Shown here: piece by piece, positions 56,986 through 64,000 of the stretch
Position numbering within the stretch: position 1 is the first letter of the stretch
Layout of the letters: every line of letters begins with the position of its first letter
NCBI GenBank assembly: GCA_964430295.1
Contig: CAYSEV010000003.1
Location: 6,184 to 70,183, forward strand
DNA length: 64,000 nt
Origin: an uncultured Gammaproteobacteria bacterium
GTDB lineage: Bacteria; Patescibacteriota; Microgenomatia; UBA10105; UBA927
Direction of reading: 5' to 3'
Translations under genes and position numbers: made by a program
The notes under the pieces: model-generated
Told to the model about the DNA's origin: nothing
What the model saw: the letters and a program-made list of their open reading frames with translations, nothing else
The model's database searches: none

Positions 56986-57273
56986 ATGCCATTTTTTTTG
57001 GGTAGTGCATATCACTTTGGGAGTGGATTTAGCTGGAACGGGGGATTTTTCTGGCCTGCATTTTTTATACCGCTGGCTCTCTGGTCTGTGATGTGTACAG
57101 GTATTGCACTCTGGCATGCTGCAAAGCGAGGAGAAGCTGCTTGGTTTATATTTTTCCTGTTCGTTCACACTGCAGGTGTGTTGGAACTGTTATATTTGAT
57201 TTTTGTAGCTGATCTGTTCAGTCAAAGCGAACGTGCAAAAAAAACCTCTCGCACGGTGAAAAAGCGATCTTAA
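56986..57273 (+). CDS. Small membrane protein, DUF5652-like
   Basis: LWS..GIALWHAAKR..WF..TAGVLELLYL. Confidence 0.7.
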   Translation: MPFFLGSAYHFGSGFSWNGGFFWPAFFIPLALWSVMCTGIALWHAAKRGEAAWFIFFLFVHTAGVLELLYLIFVADLFSQSERAKKTSRTVKKRS

Positions 57274-57282
57274 CTACGCTGT

Positions 57283-58320
57283 ATGAATACTTGGAAATTG
57301 TTGCATGATTCTCCTGAGTTATGGGAACGATATCTTATCCGGGAAAAAGTTATTAAATCAATTCGTTCATATTTTGAGGCAAATGTGTTTCATGAGGTGG
57401 AAACACCTCTGATTATCGCGCATCCTCCGGCTGAATCCTATGTTGATGTGTTTGAAACGACCCTCTTAAATCGGAAGCGATTGCCCTCAAAAGCCTACCT
57501 TTCCACCTCACCGGAAGTGGCACTAAAAAAATTACTTGTTGCTGGGATAGGGAATTGTTATGCCTTAACAAAAAGCTTTAGAAATACAGAAATGCAGTCA
57601 CTTCGTCATAATCCCGAATTCACTATTCTTGAGTGGTATCGTGCCGGTGTGGATTATCTGTCTATTATGGAAGATGTTGAGCGCCTTGTGTTCTCGATAC
57701 AACAATCAATAAGTGATGATCCTGTTTTACATTATCAGGGAAGTGATATTCATTTAGGGCCGCCATGGGATCGCCTTACTATGAAAGATGCGTTTTTACG
57801 ATATGCGCAGGTAGATCTGGATGCTTTTTTGGATTTAAACGTAGCAAGACAGATTTCGGCAAATAAGGGCTATCAGGTGTCAGAATCCAACACATGGGAA
57901 GAGCTATATAATCAAATATTTTTAAATGAAATTGAACCAAAATTAGGATTCGGTAAACCAGTGTTTTTATATGAATTTCCTGCCTCTATGGCTGCACTTT
58001 CCAAGAAAAAATCCGCAGATCCTCGGTATGCAGAGCGGTTTGAATTTTATATTGCAGGGTTAGAGCTTGGAGATGCGTATAGTGAATTAACCGATTGGGT
58101 TGAACAAAAAAAACGGTTTGATGCGGAATTGGTTGAACTTACAAGACTCGGTAAAACACTGTATGAATATGACACAGATTTTATAGAAGCGCTCAAAGTT
58201 GGACTTCCTGATTGTTCCGGCATTGCAGTCGGTGTTGATCGTCTGGTGATGCTATTTTCCAATGTGATATCTATTGATGAAACGTTATTCTTTCCAGCAA
58301 GCGAACTGTTTTCTATATAA
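57283..58320 (+). CDS. epmA: EF-P lysine aminoacylase (EpmA/GenX/PoxA)
   Basis: LysRS catalytic core without anticodon domain: EVETP, YLSTSPE, FRNTE..HNPEFTILEWY, AERFEFY, SGIAVGVDRL; near efp. Confidence 0.92.
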   Translation: MNTWKLLHDSPELWERYLIREKVIKSIRSYFEANVFHEVETPLIIAHPPAESYVDVFETTLLNRKRLPSKAYLSTSPEVALKKLLVAGIGNCYALTKSFRNTEMQSLRHNPEFTILEWYRAGVDYLSIMEDVERLVFSIQQSISDDPVLHYQGSDIHLGPPWDRLTMKDAFLRYAQVDLDAFLDLNVARQISANKGYQVSESNTWEELYNQIFLNEIEPKLGFGKPVFLYEFPASMAALSKKKSADPRYAERFEFYIAGLELGDAYSELTDWVEQKKRFDAELVELTRLGKTLYEYDTDFIEALKVGLPDCSGIAVGVDRLVMLFSNVISIDETLFFPASELFSI

Positions 58321-58398
58321 TTATGAATATGTAGTCATGCTAAATTACATGATTCTTCGATCACATCATCATATTTCGTTCTCATTGATTGATATTGT

Positions 58399-59061
58399 AT
58401 GAATACACATACGTTGAAACAGGTACAAAATGCTATTCAACATGTAAGATATCCTGTTGATATCATTGCAGTAACTAAAACGCATTCGTTTGAGAGTGTA
58501 TATGAGGCATATACTCAAGGATTTCGTCACTTTGGAGAAAACAGAGTTGAAGAAGCCATTACTAAAATTAATTTATCCCGTCAAAACAATCTAAATAATA
58601 TATGTTGGCATATGATCGGCCATGTGCAGTCAAGGAAAATACGAGATGTTGTGATATATTTTGATAGTGTTGATTCTGTGGATAGTATTGAATTGCTAGA
58701 AAAACTTGATAGAGAAGCACACATCCAACAAAAAAAACTTCGTGTGCTTCTCGAAGTAAATATATCTCAAGAAGCAGGTAAATATGGTTTTAAAGATTTA
58801 GATGTTCAAATGCTGCGAAGTATTGAAACAAAAAACGTTTATATTGACGGCATTATGACAATGGCTCCTTTAGTACAGAATCCTGATGAGAATAGAAATA
58901 TCTTTAAAGATCTTCGGGAATTATCCAAAGTACTCCAGGAGGAAATAACGGGATTTGGTCATGTGCTTTCTATGGGAACAAGTGCTGACTATATAGTTGC
59001 TCTAGAGGAAGGTGCTACCGAAATTCGATTGGGTGGGGCGTTGTTTGGGCCCAGAAAATAA
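58399..59061 (+). CDS. yggS: YggS family PLP-binding protein
   Basis: IAVTKT, FGENRVEEA, WHMIGHVQS, GIMTMAP, LSMGTSADY..A.EEGAT.IRLG. Confidence 0.95.
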   Translation: MNTHTLKQVQNAIQHVRYPVDIIAVTKTHSFESVYEAYTQGFRHFGENRVEEAITKINLSRQNNLNNICWHMIGHVQSRKIRDVVIYFDSVDSVDSIELLEKLDREAHIQQKKLRVLLEVNISQEAGKYGFKDLDVQMLRSIETKNVYIDGIMTMAPLVQNPDENRNIFKDLRELSKVLQEEITGFGHVLSMGTSADYIVALEEGATEIRLGGALFGPRK

Positions 59062-59078
59062 GATATAATAAGCACAAT

Positions 59079-59642
59079 ATGGCAAACATTACGACGGCTG
59101 ATTTTACCAAGGGCATGTTCATTGAATTTAAAAATGAACCCCATCAAATAACAGAACTTACATTTGTAAATCCCGGAAAGGGGAGTGCGTTTGTTCGCAC
59201 ACGGCTTAAATCTCTTAAAACCGGTAAAGTGCAGGAATTTACATATAAATCCGGCGAATCTGCTGTGGAGATTCCTGTGTTAACCCGCGAGATGCAATAT
59301 CTGTATAAAGAAAATGAAAATTACTTATTTATGGATAATGAATCCTATGAACAGTTTGCAATTTCAGAAAGCATGCTTGGCAATTATGTGAATTACTTAA
59401 AACCAAATGATATTTATCAGATCTTGGTAAACGGAGAAGAAGCTGTTGGCTTGAGATTCCCCAAAAAAGTACGGCTGATGGTGACTGAGGCTGATGATGG
59501 AGCTAAGGGAAATACCGTGAGTGGCGCAACTAAAACGGTCAAAATAGAAACAGGCGCTATTGTTACCGTTCCACTGTTCATTAAGCAGGGAGAGATGATT
59601 GCTATTGATCCTGAATCCGGTTCATACCTTGAAAGAGGATAA
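59079..59642 (+). CDS. efp: Elongation factor P
   Basis: NPGKGSAFVR loop, MQYLY, KGNTVSG, VPLFI, YLER. Confidence 0.97.
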   Translation: MANITTADFTKGMFIEFKNEPHQITELTFVNPGKGSAFVRTRLKSLKTGKVQEFTYKSGESAVEIPVLTREMQYLYKENENYLFMDNESYEQFAISESMLGNYVNYLKPNDIYQILVNGEEAVGLRFPKKVRLMVTEADDGAKGNTVSGATKTVKIETGAIVTVPLFIKQGEMIAIDPESGSYLERG

Positions 59643-59665
59643 TTAGTTCATGGTAGACTGGTAGC

Positions 59666-60856
59666 ATGGCCTCAGTAAAATCTAAACGAATTCCTCTATG
59701 GCAGTTTATTATAGCTTTTGCCGTGGGTTGTATAGCAGTACTTGTTATTGCTGTATGGGCTATTGATACATGGGAAGTGATACAGCAAAAAATCTTTGGT
59801 CTTTCCTCTGATAAGAAAAAACTGGAACAACAGGTTACCGCAATTGCAAAAGAACTTTCTGATATAAAATCCCAGGATCAGATTATTATAAATAAAACAC
59901 TTGAAGCAAATATTAAAGATATCGAACAGGCGTACACAAAGACAGTATCACTCTATGAGGATCTGTTGAAATTAAAAGAAATAACCTCTAAAACTAAAAC
60001 GTTCGACGATGGCTTTACAGATATTCTCACACTTCTTTCGAAACGAAATTATGCATCTGCAAGTGCGTCAATTAAAACATTAAAAGCCGCTATTGATTCT
60101 GAATCGGCAAAAATTGCCGCATCATTTATCATACCAGCTTCCGTCCCTCTGAATAACTCTGCTCCAGGATCAGGATTCAGTAGGCAATCTGTGACGGCCA
60201 ATGGGGAACAACATCTGGTGGATATTATCGCAGGGGATTTATCCACAACACGGGTGATTGTAGATACGGCATCTGATGGTGATTGTAAAACGGATTGTCC
60301 TGTTCTTTCACTGGGTGACTATGTGTCCCGAAACGGGGGATTTGCCGGTATTAACGGATCATATTTTTGCCCCGCTACATATCCCAGTTGCCAGGATAAA
60401 AAGAATTCTTTTGACACGTTACTCATGAATAAGAAAAAAACGTATTTTAATTCAGATAACAATAAATACAGTGTCGTACCCGCTGTTATCTTTCAAGGTG
60501 GCTCAGTGCGATTTGTGGGGCGTTCTTTAGAGTGGGGAAGAGATACGGGGATAGATAGTATGATAGCCAATCAGCCACTGCTCGTTTCAGGAGGAAATGC
60601 TGTATTTGGTGGTGATGGAGATCCGAAAAAAGGAAGTAAAGGTCCACGGGGGTTTGTGGCAAATAAAGGAAATACCGTGTACATTGGGTTTGTTCATAAT
60701 GCTACCGTTGCAGAGGCGGCATTAGTTCTTAAGGCTCTTGGCATGGAAAATGCACTGAATTTAGATAGCGGAGGGTCTTCAGCATTGTGGTTCGGAGGAT
60801 ATAAGGTGGGACCGGGTAGAGGGATTCCCAATGCTATTATATTCGTACGAAAATAA
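59666..60856 (+). CDS. Phosphodiester glycosidase (NAGPA/DUF2233) family protein with TM anchor and coiled-coil stalk
   Basis: AGINGSYF, PLLV, PRG, NALNLDSGGSS, R.IPNAI. Confidence 0.85.
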   Translation: MASVKSKRIPLWQFIIAFAVGCIAVLVIAVWAIDTWEVIQQKIFGLSSDKKKLEQQVTAIAKELSDIKSQDQIIINKTLEANIKDIEQAYTKTVSLYEDLLKLKEITSKTKTFDDGFTDILTLLSKRNYASASASIKTLKAAIDSESAKIAASFIIPASVPLNNSAPGSGFSRQSVTANGEQHLVDIIAGDLSTTRVIVDTASDGDCKTDCPVLSLGDYVSRNGGFAGINGSYFCPATYPSCQDKKNSFDTLLMNKKKTYFNSDNNKYSVVPAVIFQGGSVRFVGRSLEWGRDTGIDSMIANQPLLVSGGNAVFGGDGDPKKGSKGPRGFVANKGNTVYIGFVHNATVAEAALVLKALGMENALNLDSGGSSALWFGGYKVGPGRGIPNAIIFVRK

Positions 60857-60957
60857 ATATATATGTGAGTGGTTACGGTTATATTAGTTCTTACGTTTCA
60901 GCTTCATGATACCTTTTATTGACAGTCGGGTATTTAAGGTGAAACAATATCCACAAC

Positions 60958-62022
60958 ATGGGGACCCCACTCACCACAGAAGATTTATATGGATCATCGC
61001 CCTCTTCAGGCGATAGTGATAAACCGGAAAAACCGTTGGTGTATGAAGAAACACCAGTTATTGATCCTATCGTAGCTGATGCTCACCCATCTGATTCTGT
61101 GGTTTCATCTGATGGTGCAGAGTCTACACATGGAAATCAAGATTCCGGTGATGCCCCCAAATTATCTCCGCCTCATGATCTGCCACGTATGCCTAACGCT
61201 CCGTTGCCTCGTAGCTCTTCACATGTATTATTAAACATGGTTGCATTCATACTGTTATTTGTTGCTGGCATTTGGTTATCGAGTGCACTGCGACCATATT
61301 TGCCGGCAGGTTTAAGTGAGTCTTTGGGACTGGCTCCCATTTCACCTACCGCAAAACCAACGCCCAGCGCCCCTGCTACTGTCATAAGCCCAACGCCCGC
61401 AGGGATGATAGGATGGAAATCATATGATGTTATATCCGGAACTACAAGAAAGCCGATGCCAGGTATATCTTTTCAGTTGCCTACAGATATATTGCCACCT
61501 ATATGTGATGGATCAGGGTGCGCATCTCAGGGAACATATCTTCCGGGTGGAACAAGATTTACGGTTGCTGCACGGGGTACAGGACAATTACTTCGAGATT
61601 ATAGAGGCACTACGATTTCTGACGTAAATGGCATTGCCTTTACGACAAAAGCAGTGACTATAGCTGGAAAGCCATCAATGGAATATACAGGAACATTTAC
61701 CGGCCGGACTATATCGGGATATGCGTTTACGTCTATGCGTGGAGTAATGGTCCCGTTAAGTGATACAACTTCTGTTGAATTTAATCATTTTGTTCCAAGC
61801 GGCATTGTCGCAAATTTTCAGACAGATGATATTATTTTTGATGAAATACTTAAACGAGTTGTTCTATCAGGTTTGGATCAAACACAAAAGGGTGCAAATT
61901 TACTTTCTCCGACCGTATCTTTGACAGCTTCACCGTCTCCAACGTATAAAGTGTCTGTCACGCCTACTCCCACGCGCATAGCAACACAATCGGGATCGCC
62001 AACTTCTACCAAACTACCGTAA
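60958..62022 (+). CDS. Single-pass membrane hypothetical protein with Pro/Thr-rich linkers
   Basis: Acidic/Pro-rich N-terminus, TM helix, PT-rich linkers around a globular domain; TTGACA at 60919. Confidence 0.75.
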   Translation: MGTPLTTEDLYGSSPSSGDSDKPEKPLVYEETPVIDPIVADAHPSDSVVSSDGAESTHGNQDSGDAPKLSPPHDLPRMPNAPLPRSSSHVLLNMVAFILLFVAGIWLSSALRPYLPAGLSESLGLAPISPTAKPTPSAPATVISPTPAGMIGWKSYDVISGTTRKPMPGISFQLPTDILPPICDGSGCASQGTYLPGGTRFTVAARGTGQLLRDYRGTTISDVNGIAFTTKAVTIAGKPSMEYTGTFTGRTISGYAFTSMRGVMVPLSDTTSVEFNHFVPSGIVANFQTDDIIFDEILKRVVLSGLDQTQKGANLLSPTVSLTASPSPTYKVSVTPTPTRIATQSGSPTSTKLP

Positions 62023-62057
62023 AGGATATTTTTAATTTTTTACCCGGTGTTAACCTA

Positions 62058-64000
62058 TCAGGACGTTTTTCCCGGCCACGGGGTAATGATCAATGGGACG
62101 TTGTTCCATCCAGGAAGTTGCTGATAAATCGTTTCAGTCACAAACGGCATAAACGGATGAGCTACCTTGAGGATAGTTCTATATACGTGAAGTAATACTG
62201 CGAGTGCTTGCGGATCCCCTGATTTAAAGCGCTCTTTATTTTTTTCTAAATGCACATCAGCTAGTCTGTGCCATGCAAAGTCGTAAATAGATTTAGCGGC
62301 ATCGGAAAGGCGATAATTTTCTATATTTTTCGTAACTTTTGATGTCATCATGTTAAGTTCCGTAATAATACGCTTATCATGATTATTTGAGAGAGCAGTA
62401 TGTAGTGTCTCTGAATATGTTTCAATATGCGTTCCCTCCGGTGTGTTCATTTCTATAAATCTGCCGATATTCCATAATTTATTTGCAAAGTTACGCATGC
62501 CTCTAATTTTATCTTCCGCTAATGCCTGATCATTACCCGCTGCTGTACCAAACACAAGAGCAAATCGTAGAGCATCAGTGCCATATTGATCGATCATTTT
62601 TAGGGGGTTAATCACATTACCTTTACTCTTACTCATCTTTTGTCCTTTTCCATCTCTGACTAATCCATGAAGGTATACGGTTTTAAAAGGTACATTTCCG
62701 GTCATGTAAAGCCCTAGCATGGTCATTCGACATACCCACCAGGGTAAGATGTCATATCCTGTTTCCATGACACTCGTAGGGTAGAAATACTCAATATCCG
62801 ATTTTTCACTTTTCATTTTTAACTTTTCATTTGCGATAAGAGTCGCGAAAGGCCATTGTCCTGAAGAAAACCATGTGTCAAATGTATCTTCATCTTGAGA
62901 TAAATTTGTTCCTCCACATGTTGTACAGGTAGAGGGAGCATCACCTTCTGTGATAATCCATTCAGCATTGTTATGAGTTCGCGTGCAGTCTGTGCATTTC
63001 CACGCAGGAATACGTATACCCCATACGATTTGACGACTAATATTCCAATCATGAAAGTTTGTAAACCACTGTGTTGCTAATTTTTCAAACCGTTTAGGCA
63101 CAAATTGAATCTGTTTTTCTTTAACGGCTTTTTTAGCTACATCTGTCAGTGGTTTTACTTTTACAAACCATTGTTCCATAGGTAATGGTTCAATGACAGT
63201 GTTAGATTTATAACACATGCCGACTCTATGGGTGTACTGTTCATCAATTTTTACGAGCAATCCATCTTCTTTCAGATCTTCTACCATGAGTGCCCGAGCT
63301 TCTGCCACCTTCTTTCCATGATATTTTTCTGCACGAGTTTTGTATTTAGAATCTATATTTGGTTTTGAAAGGAACCACGAAAAATCCATGCGACCTTTAA
63401 AGTCAATAATAGGGGTAACGGGAAGATTAAATTTCTTGCCTAATTCAAAGTCGTGGGCGTCATGTGCAGGTGTTACCTTCATGATTCCTGTACCGAATTT
63501 GGGATCTACCTCAGGATCAGGAATGATTGTCATGGTAATTGGGCCTAATAATCCCATGATTTCCATGGTTTTTCCTATATATTTTTTATATCGCTTATCT
63601 TTTGGATTGACGGCTAATGCTGTATCTCTGAATTTAGTTTCAGGTCGAACTGTGGCTATTGTGAATGGACCATATGTAAGATAGTACATCGGATCAATTC
63701 TATCTTCGTATTTTACTTCCAGATCGGAAAATCCGGTGCCGCATTTTGTACAATAATTAACTAACCGGACACCACGATATACTAGGCCGTCATCATAAAG
63801 CTTTTTAAATGTCTTGTAGACCGTACCTACGATCTTGGGATCCATGGTAAATGTATTGCGGCTCCAGTCGAGAGAAAATCCAAGCCGACGAAGCTGATTT
63901 TCCATAGTTCCACGGTTTGTGTGCACAAAATCCCAGATATTTTTATATAACGTCTCACGATCAAAATCGAATCGGCTTTTACCTTCTTTGGCTAAGTGTT
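62058..64000 (-). CDS. valS: Valine--tRNA ligase (5' part lies beyond the window)
   Basis: ATVRPET, GTGIMKVTPAHD, DWNISRQIVWG, DTWFSS, KMSKSKGN; the frame stays open to the window end. Confidence 0.97.
   Translation of the reverse strand, partial: HLAKEGKSRFDFDRETLYKNIWDFVHTNRGTMENQLRRLGFSLDWSRNTFTMDPKIVGTVYKTFKKLYDDGLVYRGVRLVNYCTKCGTGFSDLEVKYEDRIDPMYYLTYGPFTIATVRPETKFRDTALAVNPKDKRYKKYIGKTMEIMGLLGPITMTIIPDPEVDPKFGTGIMKVTPAHDAHDFELGKKFNLPVTPIIDFKGRMDFSWFLSKPNIDSKYKTRAEKYHGKKVAEARALMVEDLKEDGLLVKIDEQYTHRVGMCYKSNTVIEPLPMEQWFVKVKPLTDVAKKAVKEKQIQFVPKRFEKLATQWFTNFHDWNISRQIVWGIRIPAWKCTDCTRTHNNAEWIITEGDAPSTCTTCGGTNLSQDEDTFDTWFSSGQWPFATLIANEKLKMKSEKSDIEYFYPTSVMETGYDILPWWVCRMTMLGLYMTGNVPFKTVYLHGLVRDGKGQKMSKSKGNVINPLKMIDQYGTDALRFALVFGTAAGNDQALAEDKIRGMRNFANKLWNIGRFIEMNTPEGTHIETYSETLHTALSNNHDKRIITELNMMTSKVTKNIENYRLSDAAKSIYDFAWHRLADVHLEKNKERFKSGDPQALAVLLHVYRTILKVAHPFMPFVTETIYQQLPGWNNVPLIITPWPGKTS
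62803..62830 (+). repeat. Degenerate heptamer tandem repeat inside valS
   Basis: TTTTCAC-TTTTCAT-TTTTAAC-TTTTCAT. Confidence 0.65.

Noticed and set aside
34209-60247. Isolated perfect DnaA boxes at 34209-34217 and 60239-60247
   Set aside because: Single copies inside coding regions; compatible with chance in 64 kb of AT-rich DNA.
706-63684. The many 60-150 aa ORFs antisense to or nested in long genes (e.g. 1985-2308, 30058-30477, 44236-44655, 53620-54084)
   Set aside because: Shadow ORFs of well-supported genes, with no recognisable motifs.

Overview
Chromosomal origin region of an AT-rich bacterium. Gene content (DUF4012, DUF5652, short Jag, ValS without its C-terminal arm, few SD sites) suggests Patescibacteria/CPR, probably Microgenomates; this is inferred, not searched. 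dnaN and dnaA with DnaA-box clusters (oriC) lie at 1.1-3.9 kb. The normally adjacent rpmH-rnpA-yidD-yidC-jag block is displaced to 45.8 kb by about 42 kb of cell-surface genes: GT4/GT2 glycosyltransferases, O-antigen-ligase-like proteins, two sugar amidotransferases, a radical SAM enzyme, Wzm/Wzt and a priming transferase. The most notable element is a ~13 kb sub-cluster (25.8-38.7 kb) with an ObiH/LipK-type L-threonine-transaldolase-like enzyme, two paralogous group II PLP decarboxylases, a non-canonical glutamine-synthetase-family ligase, a LysA-fold decarboxylase, an aldo/keto reductase, a kinase, a LicC-like nucleotidyltransferase, a methyltransferase and a TagF-like phosphotransferase. 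Part of it is translationally coupled to the Wzm/Wzt exporter. The inferred function is de novo synthesis of an unusual CDP-amino-alcohol for a teichoic-acid-like or glycan surface polymer. The right third is housekeeping (rnhA, rplY, epmA-yggS-efp, valS). No rRNA, tRNA, CRISPR array, integrase or transposase was seen. All family assignments come from motif recognition by eye, without database searches.
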